This document shows, one piece after another, positions 1-15,169 of a DNA stretch of 64,000 nucleotides; the first letter of the stretch is position 1; each line of letters begins with the position of its first letter. The notes beneath the pieces were generated by a model. That model made no database searches, was not told the DNA's origin, and saw nothing but the letters and a program-made list of their open reading frames with translations. Source of the stretch: Lingula anatina. Taxonomy: Eukaryota; Animalia; Brachiopoda. The stretch covers positions 18,170,848-18,234,847 of the forward strand of contig CM120643.1 in NCBI GenBank assembly GCA_051362555.1, given 5' to 3'. The position numbers and the translations under genes are program-made.

Positions 1-3000
1 AAATTATCCACAATCCCCGAATCCCCTCCTTGTGAAAAATTAGAAACAAGTTGAATTCCGCTTTGATCTATACTGATGTCTTCTCCCTTTGTATCGCCAG
101 GAAATTTCACAAATGTCTGGCTTGCATTGTCAGGAGTTGGGGTCAAGGTCTCTTCAAGGTCAAGGTCAGTGGTTTCAATGTCCATATTTGGTGGGTCTGA
201 TGAGGGAAATTTGTAAGGCTCATCTTCATTGGTTACTGATTGAAGAGTGTTATATGCATCCTCATTGGCTGCAGGATGGTCAGTATTTTGAAATACTTCC
301 AGTGACAGGTCACTCACGGGACGTTGGTTTGATAAGGTGCTGCTAGGTGTCTCTGGGATACTGCTTATGGAACTCGCAGGACTTTGGGTTCCAGTTCCTG
401 AATCACTTGGGCGCAAAAATGGGCCACTTTCATCAGAAGACCCTGCAACATGAGAAGAAAGAGTGTGACTAGAATTTTAAAAATCTACAGGTTTATTTAA
501 CATTAGTATCAATGATTATTCTCAAACTTCAATGCTCTTTGACAGTGCACAACTGCACTAGTCTAGTTATATACATACTTTCAATTCCTTTTGACATGAA
601 ACAGTTGTACTGTACTGCATTTTTAATCAACAATGTCAACTCAGTTAAACTTCACTACTAATTCATAAAATGAGTTCTGAGATTTCGACATATTTCTAAA
701 ATGTTGACATATACCTAAAATAATCATTATCTATCTTTTTTCTACAATAAGGTGTTGTATGATAAAAAGCAGTATCTACATAATCAATAAATTGACAATG
801 TGTCGAAATTGTGATGTTTGTGATGTTGTAGAAAGTGTAGCACTGTCAGACCAAATTGGGGGGGGGGGGGGGGGGGGGGGGGGAGGGGAGGGGGATTATC
901 TGTTCTACTATCTCCACCATATGCCCCAATCACAGTGTTAGATGATAGTTTGCAATTCCTTAGACAAATCAGTTATTATCTCAGTTTTAAGTATTTGGCC
1001 AATCACTGAAACAATTGTACAATTATCTTTAAGTTATCAAATTCTCTGATGTGTGTTTTAGACAAAGTGTGGCAGTATGAAGTCTGCAGATATCCTCGAC
1101 AACCTACCGCTGAAACTTCTTGGCAGTTGATGCTTTGTCAGTTTATCAATGTAGAATTCACAAGTTTCCTGCAAGTAATATAGTCAAAAAGATTCTTTTG
1201 AGCATTTACCTCACGTTTCCTGTAAGTACGAACATTCAATCAGATTATTACCCTTAATTCATTATTACTTCTATCATTTTGAAAAAAAAGTTCTTTAAAA
1301 AAGAACAATAAATCTTCTTTAAGTTCATGCACAATCAAATAGTTAACAAATAACAGGTTTTAATAGTAATAGCAGGAAGAAGGGAGGCTGGGGTAGCACT
1401 AACACTCGCCAATTTAGCCAAATGCTAACACTGACTTAAATTGGCTAAAGAAAAAGGGCTAGATTTGACATGTTTTAGCCAAATTATAGCCATTTTAATA
1501 ACAAATTGACAAAAGTGTGGTGATATGGCTAAGCGAAAAAAATTGCAAGCGCTACCCCAGGGAGGGAATAATGAAGGGAGGAATGGACTAAAAAAGAATT
1601 CATCATTGGATGTAAAAGACATTATAGATGTCTTCTCATACTTACCCCAGGGTATTTCTGTATATATCTTTTAATAAGCTTTCTGGTAAATCCCATTTCT
1701 CTCAACCTTTTACTCATTTCATCATCTGCTGGTGCTTGAACAAAAATGGGAAAAATGATTCATTAATCTATCCATTTATGAACTAACTTGATCTGTCTTA
1801 TTCTTTTAAATAATTTTCAACATTTCTTCATATCATCAGTTATCATTTTTCTTACTGGCTCTATTTAGTCAATTAGCTATAAATACTAAATGAGTTTCAT
1901 TTTATGCTTTTCTATAATATCAATAACATGATTTTACTCTTATTTTGTTTGGATAAATATAACTCTGTAAACTTACATCCATTTATCAATCTCCCTTTCT
2001 CTTTTCCACATATTATGGTTGTTTTTTGTAATTTTCTTTTTAATTTTTCTATTTGATTACAAAAACAGATTGAAAAAATGTTGAGTGGTAGACAATTTCA
2101 GTCTTAATTTCATCAGTGAAACTGGCCCCGATAAATGAACCACACATATCACGTTTTCCGTCATCAAAACAATGGCCATTTACCCTTAATGTTATAATCA
2201 ATGAGTATGAGGCAACTTAAGCATCCCCTTAATGTGTTCAATATGCTATATGGTACAGTAGCTTAACTGCTCACAGTGGGTTATTTTGTTTGCTAATAAT
2301 GTTCCGACTGTGTTTGATATACTGTGCAGTAATTGACTTCAATGTTACAGTAACTGTTACAGGTTAGACGCATATAAGACTTTTTGGTTATGAATATTAT
2401 AAAAATTGGTTGATTCAGTAAAATTCAACATGATTTCTATGCTTCTTATTTTGTCCCATGAATGTACGTCACTCTTGAATATGAAAAATGTTTATGTGTT
2501 TATGTATATTAAACTGCAATTCAATAATACAAACAATAATTAATATATAGATTTTGACAAAAATAGACACAAACAGGTAGAAATTTTATTTCTAAAACAC
2601 AGACAAAAGGATAAGTTTTCTCTCTTCTTTCTTGCTTTTAAGCACATTTAAAACTAAATCATTACGAAAATTTAAGTTGACACAACATGTTAATCAAGCT
2701 AGCACATTCAAATAGTAGATTTTTGCTCCTGGACCAACTCTTGGTGAAATATTGATTGCAATTCATTTATGTTCATTGTGAATTATTAAATCTTGGTTAT
2801 TATAACAAAGATGAGCTTACTCATGGCTTTGGATTGTGAGTTTTCCTTAAACTGTTGCAGTGTTTTCTGATGTGCCTCCAGTAACTTCAGGGAGTAAAAT
2901 TCTGCAGATTTCTTCAATGAAAAAGAAAATACATGATCTTTTCTTAAAACTCGTTGCTTTGTAAATATTTTAAGCATAAAAAAATTTTAAAATGACTTAA

Positions 3001-5959
3001 AATAATAAAAACAACTGAGTAATATATTCCAAGGGAAGAAACTAATTTAAGACACGTGCAGACAAGTTCTAAATTTAAACTGATTCATGACTATAAAGAG
3101 CATCAGATAATGCTGCAGATCGAATTTTGCTTTTTAATCAAAACTGTTGTATCATTTCAAACTTAAACTACATTAAATTTAATATTTCAATGTAATTTTC
3201 ACAAATTAAAAAGAAAAAAAAAATGTTATTTTAATTTAATTGTTTAAAAGTCATATATAAAACAAGTTCAGTTATCAAATACAAACCAACCAACAAACTA
3301 AATAAATAAATAAACTCACGTCAGGATATGCCTTCATCACATCAAACACAGAGGCATACTCAAAGCCTAGATCTATCAATTTCTCAAATGTTGAAGACCA
3401 GTTTGCACCGTCTCCAGATGCTGAAAAGAATAAAATGTATGTGACCAAATGAATAATAAATTTTAAAAATCTGTCAAGAGCGACAAAATATTCAATGGGG
3501 CCAATCAGAATGGTTGATCTGAGTACTTACTAATCCGCCAATTAAATATGGCCAACACCACTTCAAAAGAGATGCTGCTGATCCTGTGGTCTCTCTGCCT
3601 CCACACACACCTTAAAACGAATTAAAGCTCAGCTCCAATGTTTATTTGCTAGGCCCCTGCTGCAATGTCGGGTGTAGAGGTGGGGAGACCATCATGGAAT
3701 TAGCAGCATCTTGCTTCCGAAGTGGTGTTGGCCATATTTGATCGGTGGATCAGTTAGTACTGGGATCATCTATTCTGAAAGGCCCCATTAACTGTGTCCT
3801 GAAGGACTTCATGAAAAGTATCATATTTTGCCTATTGCTGCCAATAATGAAATATCATTTAAATTATAATTTTGTTATTCAGATCACTTATTGCATTGTA
3901 AAAATAAAAATTATACAAAAAAAGTGCAAAGTTCTTAGTGACTTAAGTCTCCTACACCTTCCTTACTAAAATAACAATCTGTCCTGAGAAAATTTTATTT
4001 TTTCCTCAAAATTACTTAATATTGAAATTTTTTTTAATATTAATAAAATTATCCTACCACTGCCAATGGAAAGTGTATCCTCATCACCTAGGCTAGTAGC
4101 ACTGGCCATCGAACCTCTAATCCCAGCACTGGGAGATGACCTTTGAACTCCTGCCATTTGGCCTTCACCCTGTTCAAGATTTGGATACAGAAGCTCAGAT
4201 GATTGAGACCCCCTGTTATTGAATTGGGATCCCCAGTTGTTATTGCTGGATTGTATTCCTCCATTGCTTAAACTTTGCTCTGCTGATTGCTGCATTTCTG
4301 TGGTTTGAACAGGTGTTGGTATCTGAAACATTGTGGACTCCCTTTCCATTACATCTGTGAAATTCTCTCTGTCATCTAGTAGGTTAGCAAGATGCTTAGG
4401 TCCTTCACGATGTAATGCATTAACAAGAGTCTCAAAGGCTTTTGGTCCACTTCTTTTTACATGTCCTAAGAACTCCCAAACTTTGTCTGACCTGATTGAC
4501 TTTGCCTGTAAATGACAAAAAAAGGAATAAATAAATAAATAAATAACATACTATAAATGTCCAACTAGCTTTTGACAATTTGAAAAATCTCCTCTTCATA
4601 TTGAAATTGGTAACTTTAACAAACATCTTGCTGAGCCCATGTTTCATGTTTCATTTCATAATACCCCAGTATGTAAATAATTTATCAAAATCTGAAAATT
4701 CTCTTCACCATTCATACACCTATTCAGATGAGTACTAGTACAACTGGAAATCAAATCCTAGACATGTACTAGTACATCAACATCCTTGTAGCTGGTGGTG
4801 CAATCACCCTAAACCAATTATGATTAATTCCACGATTCTCTTCCCCATTCTCAGAATCATGAACACAGTCACTTGATCTCATTTTACCTTCAGAAGGTAT
4901 GGCAGAATGTTAACATTTACAGATTATCCAACATGACATGCTAACAGCTTTTTTTACTGGTCTGGAAGAGATCTTTGACATTTTCAAACTGTGGTTAATT
5001 TCTGATTGAGTATATATTTAGGTCATCCTTGTCGAAAGGTTCCTTCAACACTACATGTAAAGACTGCTTTTGGTTAAATTTTACTGTGTCGGTTTTTTTA
5101 ATCTGTTAATATATATTTTTTATCAGCTCTTTGAGCTAACTAAACATACTGCTATATCACTGTTACAGTTATACATTTTTTTCTGTTGAGAACTTTTTAC
5201 TCCTGAAGGTTTTCTCATTTTTAAAAACCGAAAAAGGTTCTGGTCACGAGGTCTCAAAATAATCAGTTAAGACCAAGGTTTAAACACAAATTCATGTGCA
5301 GATCGAGCTACAAACCAAACAACTCTTCCTAATGCATTATCATTATTTAAATTACTATTATTAAATAGTCAGTGAGATCCTGGCAAAAATTAAGACAATG
5401 GCAGAAATACCTGAATGCCTTTGCTAGATTTTCCAATTCTCAATGTTAATAGTAAAACAACTCTGTCCTTCTTTATTAGACAGTCAGGCATTATTGTATC
5501 CACCCCTTACCCATAGATGTCACTGTTTAACTTGACAGACCACACTTTAACTCAAATCAAAATATATAATTTACAATTCCCAATTTCTTGAAATTTTGTT
5601 TGGAATTTAAAAAAAGGTAGACTTCAAGCTTTTGTTGTATTGATTATGTTTGTCTGCTGTGAAAAATGAGCTCAGCAGAGAAAAGCTGGAAGTCAATAAA
5701 ATAACCATTTATAACTTCACAAATTGGCAACTAACTATCAAGCCAATTTTTAACTCATACATTCTGTGACAGATACTGGGAGGTAATGAAGCTCAAAAAT
5801 CCATTTCTCAATCACATAAAAACTGAGCAAATAGAGCTGTGCTGCTTTCAGAACATTTCTCAATCAATATCACTCCACAATAATTGATTCTGGATAAACA
5901 TGACTAAAATGTCTTTCTATATATCTCAGTCACCCACTAACTTTCTCTCTTTCTCTCTC

Positions 5960-6015
<56 letters not shown>

Positions 6016-6212
6016 TTGCATGCACACAAACATTTGAAAAAGCCTTCATACACTCACATTGTATAAATGACACACTTACACACATGCACACAAAACAAGT
6101 ACAAACACTTCTACAAGCTGTCACACACTCAGATTGTACAAGTGACACACACACAAGCACACGCCCACACAAGACTTGCAAGAAAACTTATCTCTAGAGT
6201 TAGATGCGCATG

Positions 6213-6252
<40 letters not shown>

Positions 6253-8104
6253 AAAAAATGGTCTAGCATTCAACTGAGCCACCCCAATCTAAATCTCAAA
6301 TCTCACCCGAGTACCAGTACCCAGTATAACACCCCTTCTCAAACATACAGCTGTAGAATGATATTATCCGGCTCAGGTTATATGGAAAGTAAAAAACATA
6401 ACATTACATGGAAATACTAATGAGTCACTCTGATGCAAAAATAGATTATAAAGAGCTGCTGGCTTCATACTTGATAATTCATGTTTGAGTCAGATGGTGT
6501 ATAGATAGATGTTGGGTTTAAAGTAACACATTTACCTTAAAAACGGCAAAAAATTAAGACTTATTAGTCATCCCTTTCCTCCAAAGCAATGACAAATTGC
6601 TTAAAAACTTATTAATAATGAAGTTTATGCAAGGGTGTCACCGTGAATATTTTGCAGCATAGTTGGCCCTCATCCTAGCATTTATCTCTAAATTATCTAG
6701 TACAGCTAAAAAATATTTCAACAAAATCAACATTTTAAGTCGAAGTGGGGAAAAAATGGCAAACTCTTATAATAATACATAAATGTCATTTTCTGTAGTC
6801 AAAGAAAACTAATATCTAGCATTTATGGAAAAGATTATATGTATGTGTGAACCTGAAAGCAGACATAAAACATTGACTCAGACTGTAAAAGAGACATTTT
6901 ATGGTTTCACTTGCCAATTCTGAGCTATCGTAACTAAATCTTCACTTTATGTATTACATCCTCTTCTATACACCCTCCATGATAAGAGAAAGTAGACCCA
7001 CAATAAAAACACACAAAGTCCAAAGATTTTTATTTGTACACAAGCGAAACATTATGCAAACTTACTTGCTAGCTCGCAGCCAACACCGCCAAAGACTTTC
7101 ATCAGAATGACGTTCCTATACATAACTGGCCACCAGGTGGACTCAGTGCAGGCCCCACCCGAAGGTTGGCCGTAATGTTAAATAATTGTGTAATGGTCTT
7201 TAAACAACATCTATACCATGCCAATGAATATTTTTGATCGAAAAAGAAAAAAAAAAAACATAATATATAGTTGAATAATTTGTCTCATCTGGTGACATCT
7301 TGAACCTAAATTCATCTTACTATTTGTCTGAATACTAGTACGCCCCTAGATTTGTGCCAGGTTCTTCTCCAATCTGAATGATTATCTAAAAAATGATGCC
7401 ATTTATCATTCTCATCTTAAAGAAGCCATTTCTCATTTTGCTGAAAGCAAACATTTCTCTTCATGCATTCGAGAGCAAATTCATCTTTGCCAGAGTTGAT
7501 AACACGTTTCAGACCATTTGCTGAAATTTCTGCAGTCAAATCTCAATTTTTTGACATCAGATAAATCACTGACAATTTCCAACTGACACATCAGAAAAAA
7601 AATTTTTTTTCATACAAGTGCTTCACTTACTTACATAATATTGTAGACAGTGACTTGTTCAAGATTTTCCCTTATTGCATCTTCATGCCACGTGAGGTCT
7701 TATACATAATACATAATACAGTAAACCAAAGCTGACTAGTAAAAGATGCAAACGACCTTCTGGGAAACAACAGTTAATGCTTCTAGGGAACTGGTGTGCA
7801 TAATCTAACCTCCCTTTTTTTCTTTCATAATAACACATGACATCCTGCTAACACTCAAAAGACTAAATTAAGGCTCCACAGACCGACATCTTTGTACTTA
7901 AATAAAACCAGCACTGACACATTAAAGGCCAATATACACTTACAGTAACCAAACATAGCACGGAGTATATACATCATACATGATTAAACATCAAAGAACA
8001 CATGCTATCAGCCTTTGCTATAATTTTACTGAAATCAAAAACTGTAACTACTCAATTTCCTTTCTTTCATTTCTCAACAGTCTCTGCAGTGAATGACGTG
8101 AATC

Positions 8105-8195
<91 letters not shown>

Positions 8196-9451
8196 GTATG
8201 TATATGCCAGCTTTACAGTTTTGGACATTTTCAAATTGCATATTTTTTTGTCTACAACACATTCTTCCCTCACAAATGACACACCAAATGTACTTCAGTT
8301 TTTTACAGCATATAAGAAACAATTAAATACACTTTTCTATCACCTGAAAAAAAGTAAAACACTTACATTCAATATGTAGCTACACCTGTGATAACCACTC
8401 CTCTTCTTTATCTCACATATAGCAGAACACTTTTTCAAACAAGTATGGTAATTACTCACTCAATTCGAACAGAAATGATTAAAAAGTTCTCCAAAAACAA
8501 GTTAAGGTAATTTTATTAAATCGATGAAAAACTACATGGTTACAAGATTAGAAAATAAATGCTGTTCATGTCATAAGGTGTATTAATGCGAATAACCCAA
8601 AAGCTTGAATCTTACAAAAAATTAAAATACAAGCCTGAATAAATGATAAAATATTGTCCTGAATAAATGATAAGTTTAAAATTAGTGAGGAATTACCATA
8701 CCTCCCTTCACCCTGTACTATCAACAAAAAGGGTGGTACCATTTGAAAGGTTCACCTTGTTCAAGCATCCTACAGCAATGGCAAAGTTCACACATTGCAA
8801 AATGCCAGAAATGATACCAATCCATCCTTACTAGTAGCATAAATGAATCTACATTATGGATCGATGTAATGGAACCAACCTTACTGAGTACATTACCTCA
8901 CACAGAAACCAGGGCACAAGGTTCCAGCTGCTCATCACATATGTAGCTCTTACTAAAAGACAATCATGTTCCCATATGCCATGTGTGCAAAATGTCATCT
9001 CTATGTACAGTACATACACAGGTCTAATTTATAATTTAGTCAATAATGCTTTGTTTTATTAAATGAGATTATAATGTCATCAATAAGATAAGCAACAGAT
9101 CATACTTTCGAAGAGTATAATGCTGGCGCCCAAATATTGAGAAAGCAAACCAGTTCTAGAGTTTTGATCACTTGCAATGTTGCACATGAGTGAACTTGCA
9201 CACTTCGTCATGCTTGTTGATATAAAGTGATCATGATTCCAGGGAGGCCCATCTGGGGCACCCTGAGTTTCTGAGGGAATTTAATAAGAAACTCACCTCT
9301 ATTATCAATATGCCTATATGCTCTCTTCAAGAAATAAAGGGAAATTCAGGGTGATCTGAAGTGTCTGTTATGAGGTTATGTTCAGATGGTTTGAACAAAG
9401 AAAGTTTTAAGTTACAGAAAGAAGCCTCCTCAACATGTGCCTTTCATACAG

Positions 9452-9485
<34 letters not shown>

Positions 9486-12400
9486 AACTTCCATCACAGA
9501 TTGCACTGAACATTTATCAAACAGAAAGGATTACAGATACAAGTGTGGTAAAAATTTAGAAAAAAATGAATAAAGATTCAAAATAAATACAGTACATACT
9601 TTCATAATATCATATAGTACTACTAGCTTAAATTTTATTAACAACTATTATAATATCAATGATTATTACATAACTACTTCTACAGCTTATACTACTACTA
9701 GTACTTGTAAGTTCAATAAGAAGAAGAAGAAGAAGAAGAAGACCAATATACTTGTAAAAATCTTTACGAAAATAATAAAAACGGTAACCTCTTCTTCTTG
9801 GAATGTGACTAAGATGTTTTTGCTAAAACTGATTTGAACAGGGCCCAAATTGATTTCCTGGATTTCTGGACAATAACAGGAAATCCGTCTCACATATGTC
9901 AGAGGAGATTACACAAGGCTGTTTATATGATTTTACAGGTATTATAACTCAAAGCCAGGTTCATGAAAAAAAAAAAAAAAACTGTGTATGTCTATTCCCA
10001 TTGGGTTGACTTTGCAAGTTGACCCAAATGGATTATAAGCTGGCTCAACTGCTGGAAGTGTGAGGCCCATTTCCAGTAGACATAGGACAGAGTAACATAC
10101 CACATCCTTTGTTGTGCTACTTCTTCTAACCTTCATTTTGACAGTAAGCCAATCTGACCCTTCTGTAGTCCCACCTACCTCGACTAAGACTGCACTCCCA
10201 GAGACTTAGATCGATCCATCTGGATCGACCTAACTCCCTGGGGGTTCACCCTAAATTGCTGTCAGCCGAGCGTACGTATAGTTAATTATCCCCTTACAGC
10301 TTTTAGTAGGCAGGGCAGACATTTAAGCCTGTTAAGCTGACACCAAGCTAGTGAGACTCCCCAGGGGGATAGATTGATTTAAAAATCTATGGGAATGCAG
10401 TCTAAAAGTAAAACTGCAGTAAATCATATGCCTTTTATTGATTTCAGTCATAAGCAGATTGTGTGCCGAGAGAGTGCATGCTAAGTTAGGTGGGCCCAAA
10501 GCCAGTGGAAACAGGTCTTTACATTACTAAGTTGTTACTGACGTGAAATAGTCTGTTGATGTGTCAGTGCATATTAATCAGGGCACAGATATCATAACTG
10601 AAACTTAATTCAAACATTGTGTATGAAGAGTTATTCCAAAGTATTTTTTCCTCCTTTAATTAAGGTTTTCTCCTCCCAGCAACTTCTATTCCAAAATTGC
10701 GTGCAGTAAAAAAAAATTATCTTGGTTAAGGGATATAAAGGAAGGGAGGAATTTTATAGAGGGGGTGTTATGAAGGGGAAATACAATGCAGATTGACACC
10801 ACAATAGATTTCATAAATACCAGTAAAGTATGGAAGAAAAGAAATCAATGATTCTCTACAATAATGTAATTTTAATGTAGAAAATATCAGAAGAAATACA
10901 TTACAGTTTACGTACAACCTCACCCAGAAAATGGAATGCAATTCTACATCAAACTGATGACAAACTTAATCAGTAGTAAGTTGATATATCATTTTCTATA
11001 CACTCTTTCACCAATGGTATTTTCCACTTGGAAAATATCCCAGAAAAAAAATAATATGAAGTTTGACATCAAACTTACTAACAAGCAGCTAAGAGGCTGA
11101 TACAAAATGGCACATGGGTGCATCAAGATCCTTTTCACTCAATTGGTTTAATTCCTCTGCCCCTGCTGAGATGGCAGGCATGGGAGATGTGATCTCTCTA
11201 GTAATATAAATTATGATTTTCTAAAACTATGTAACCCATTTATTTTTTAAAAAATCCAAAAATAAGGTTGGGTATATGTCACCCAGTACGTTTTCACATG
11301 GATGATATTGATAAATTTGGACAAAGCAAAATTTTGGAATAAGTTGGGTGTTGGAAATTTTTGAGTATTTACCATACAATCCTCTCAAGTTCAGACTATT
11401 TACAAAGGTGATGGATAACTGGCTTGGGCATCTGCATGTGAGACTATACAGAAAAGAGTACTAGTACATTAATTTTCTCTCTGGCATTTTCTTTAGAAAT
11501 GACAGAGAGCTGTTAATACATTTTAAAATCCATATTTGAGTTATTGAATAAATCTGTACATATTAACATCACAAGAAGTGTTATTTTTATAATATTTCAA
11601 CTGTTGTGCCCTTTTATATATTTAAAACTACATAAAATTTCATTCAAATTTACTCTATGCACACCACCACTATATCTAAGGTTTATTTGTTGCCATACAT
11701 CTTCATTTCAATGGTCTTTACCGCCCAAGCACTCACTTATTTCCAACCTTAAAAGCATGCTGATTTAGTAACTATCAATGTAGAATGCTTCAGTACTTTG
11801 GTGGGTTTTACTCTATAAAAAGTCTCGAACACAACAACATACTGTGACTTTGGACTTACAACTCAGAGTCTGATAGATAATTCAATATCTATATCAAGGT
11901 GGTTTTTTTGCCTTTAGAGTCTCAAGTACTAAAATACATCATATATACAAGTATACAGTTTTGAAGGTGATGAATTGTGCATGTTTACATCACAGTGGTT
12001 TGACCTCTCAGGTATGTTTTAAAGCATGATAGTAACATTTAGGTCGCATTCAACACCATTCTTATAAAAAAAATTCAGGCTAACTTCCAAGAGTAGAGCT
12101 TTCCAGACAGGATGTATTATCAATCAAGACATCAACTGATTAATCAAACACGTATAACTTTCTGGCATCCACAATCGGAAGACTCCAGGACTGATGGCTT
12201 GACTTCTGGAAAATTGCGACAGAACACTGCAACAGTTGATGCAGTGGCCAGCATCATAAATGAAAAATTACAGTAGAAATATGTGCTGATTTGTTTCCTG
12301 TAGGGCACAGCTTCCTGTAAATAGCACCAACACTCACCACAAATGAATAAACTAGATTATTTCAATGCAGGCCCGTAGCCAGCAACTTCAAAAGTGTGGT

Positions 12401-13428
12401 TCTTTTTTTCTGAAAAAAATGGACCCTCTTCAATGAAACCTTCGTGTACTTAGATCAAATTTTTCCCAGAGGAGTCCTTTTCCTGGCAAAAAGGGCAGTT
12501 CTTTTGAACCCTCCTGGCTACAGGCCTGCAATGTAATTCAACATCTGAGTTCCAGTGAGGTTATGTTTTTCCTGAATAATCTCCACCCCCACCCCCCCCA
12601 CCCCCCCCCCCCACCCACCCCCTGAAGCTTTATGCTGACTTTCTTACTTGGGAATAATGAGAGACAAAAAGTGATCAACAGTCTTCACTGGTCCAGTCTA
12701 AAAATGCTTTTAGTTGAAACGAGGCTGGACACAGCTTGGGTCTCACTAATTCATACCTGCCGTGTATGCATATATATCACAGCATAGATAGTGTTAACCT
12801 TTCAGAAAAAAAATAAACCTATAAGAATGCGATACTCTAGTCTACTTTCATGAGCAGAACAGCTGTATCAAATCCCAATACTAACACTTCACAGAAGGTG
12901 GAAACCTTGTACAGGAGGAGATCAAAACAAATGTACTGGGCTAAACTAACACAAACAACCAAGATCTCAGGATAAAAACAAATGTCACATATCTGAGCTG
13001 AGTAAAAACATCCCTGGCATTTTCATTACCTTCATTCAGCCTTTTAAAATATATTGATAATTCTATTATTAGATTAATATAACTGTACAATATTCAACCT
13101 CTATAGTATGCATTCTATTATTAGATCATGGCTTAGGTATCAAAAATGTGTTTGTATCAGTAAAGAAATCAAATATGAAGAATAACAGTTTTCACTTACA
13201 CTTACTAAAACACTGAGTAACATTACAGTATCTTATGTATCGTGATTAAATAAACTTGCCAAATCACGTAATTCTTTTTAAAAACTTTTTATAAACACTA
13301 TTTGTCCTTTCTTTTACATTTTTCCTCATTCTTCTTTACCTTAAATCACTCACTTGTGGAATCTGTCCAGCATAGTTCAGTGTTTCCTGAAGGGTGTATG
13401 TCATAAACCCAGAAGAATCCTTGCTAAT

Positions 13429-13463
<35 letters not shown>

Positions 13464-14354
13464 GTCTCAATATAAAACCCTTATCTTTTCTATGTACAAC
13501 TGGCTTTCCATAGCCAGTGCATACTGTGTACTGTTTAAATTATAAAATCTTTGCTTTGGCTCTAATTCTTACAATTTACACAATGTGCACCCATATCTGT
13601 CACAATTAGCACAATATCACAACCAACCGAATACCATGGCTTTTTATCATTGTTATATCATCAGAATTTCTGTCAGCACAATATTGAGGGTCCTGAATAC
13701 ATTTTCATTTAACATTGACCTTTAATCTAATTTAGTTGAAAAAGTGCTTTGGTCCATTCCCTGTCCCCAGCTCTCTACTTCTCTTAAGAAACTATCTCCA
13801 TAAAATAGAGCAGAGAAAATTTTTGCCACTGCTTTTTTCCCTCCACATGAGGAGCCGAATCTACCATTTTCATGGTAAGAGGAGGAGGCAGGAGTTGACC
13901 TTACTCTATTTTCAAGACCAACATAACCTTATTTCTGTACTAAAACACAATTTTAATCATATCTCTGTCCTCATTTCAGTCCTCCCTACAGTGTCATCAA
14001 GAACAGCTTACAGTGCTCCATAAAGGAATATGCTGTCATTCCATTTCTACCACCAATTCGTAGGCGTACTTGCTATACTAGTTCCATCTGTTTACACCCA
14101 CTTTCAGTCACACTTGAGAAAGTTTCATTCATACCTAAAGCAATGTTATTCTCATTCCAAATAATTTCAGTCACACTTGACACAATTTCAGTCAAACCTG
14201 GCTCTATCTACTTTACCTCAATCCTTTCTACTATATCTTCTGACCAGCGTATACTATCATGTTCTATGAAGTAGGCATAGAGTGGACGCGGGTCAAGATC
14301 TTTCTCCAAGGCAACCATGTTGCGGTCAATCTTGTCTCTGTGCTTCTTCTCCAT
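1..14354 (-). CDS. CARD-domain protein with two UBA-like repeats and a Ser/Pro/acidic linker; 3' part lies outside the window
   Basis: Hand-spliced exons 14354-14217, 4505-4058, 3420-3320, 2911-2821, 1734-1646, 1168-1108 and 442-<1, all GT-AG with consistent phases. N-terminus [46 protein letters not shown]|[44 protein letters not shown] follows the CARD pattern (...RRGPKAF..F..AL...HLA.LL). LIDLGF and LREMGF resemble the UBA MGF loop. Confidence 0.85.
1388..1560. mobile_element. MITE family A (~170 bp), copy 1
   Basis: Terminal inverted repeats CTGGGGTAGC(A/G)CT...AGCGCTACCCCAG; an inverted second copy is at 42148-42321. Confidence 0.7.
3497..3787. mobile_element. Palindromic MITE family B (possibly PIF/Harbinger-like), copy 1
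   Basis: Long imperfect inverted arms (GGGGCC..TCAGAAT..GATC..AATATGGCCAACACCACTTC); central TGCTAGGCCCCTGC is shared with 55314-55575. Confidence 0.65.
5944..6247. repeat. (CT)n/(CA)n microsatellite region
   Basis: Pure CA tracts at ~5963-6013 and ~6217-6247. Confidence 0.95.
8108..8204. repeat. (TA)n + (TATG)n microsatellite
   Basis: Direct reading; it accounts for the spurious YIYI ORFs. Confidence 0.95.
10186..10404. mobile_element. MITE family C (~215 bp), copy 1
   Basis: TIR AGACTGCA(C/T)TCCCA...TGGGAATGCAGTCT; the internal sequence is the reverse complement of 53969-54185 and 61072-61245. Confidence 0.75.
12368..12528. mobile_element. CAG...CTG MITE with 5-bp TSD (CAATG)
   Basis: TIR CAGGCCCGTAGCCAG...CTGGCTACAGGCCTG; CAATG at 12363-12367 and 12529-12533. 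Confidence 0.8.
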
Positions 14355-15169
14355 GACTTTTTCTGCTGAAGTAGCAATAAATTATCATTAAACATTTTTT
14401 GAAAGAGAATGATTTGGATTAGTACTGTACTGCATGTATGTGCATGCATGCATGCATGCATATGTGGTCTATCTTCTCAGAAAAATAAAAATTTCAATTA
14501 TTTCTCATCTTACAGAACAAGCCTTTAAATTCCCAAAAAATAGAAGAGGGTTTAAATTTGTGATCATAATGGTCAGAATCCCTCTTCCACTGCTCAAATG
14601 TCCTTACAACTAATGCAAGTCCTTACTCGTCAATGTCAATTTTAATTTGAGTGATGTGGTGACTTTGATCAATGCATCTGTTGTTAAAATCAGTTAGTAT
14701 TGCAAATTACTATACTTACTGATTTTCCAATGTTTTAACAAGACACAGCCCTGTAGTTTACATGTATAATCTACTGCTTCAATTAAATTACTAATACCTT
14801 TAAAGAATATGTGGTCTCTGTAAAGAATGTTGTAAACTTATTTTTTCGGGCAAATGTTTAAATAACAGTGAGGCTAAACATTGCTATCTCTGGATACAAC
14901 TAAATTAAAGTAATAATTGCGTTTCCTGTTAAACTTCTACTATCTATTAAGATTGGCGTTAACTTCACATCAAAGTTTATATCTAAATATTATTTGCGGT
15001 CTTTCATTTTGACATGCCGTTATTTATTTCTAGGTTTCGAAGGCCAGCCGGCCACACGAGTTACTTTAAAAAGTTTGAAGTAGCGACAAATAAATAAGCA
15101 CAACGTGCAACAACCTGTGAACACTGGCGACGTGAAAGCAAGTGTAGACAACAAAATGATGCAATTTAC

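Noticed and set aside
7061-7180. Possible extra exon in the long CARD intron (GTAAG donor at 7065)
   Set aside because: No convincing acceptor or frame, and the CARD is complete without it.
5930-8379. ORFs rich in CV/HT/YI repeats (also 37305-37583, 50618-50857, 52455-52740)
   Set aside because: Translations of microsatellites.
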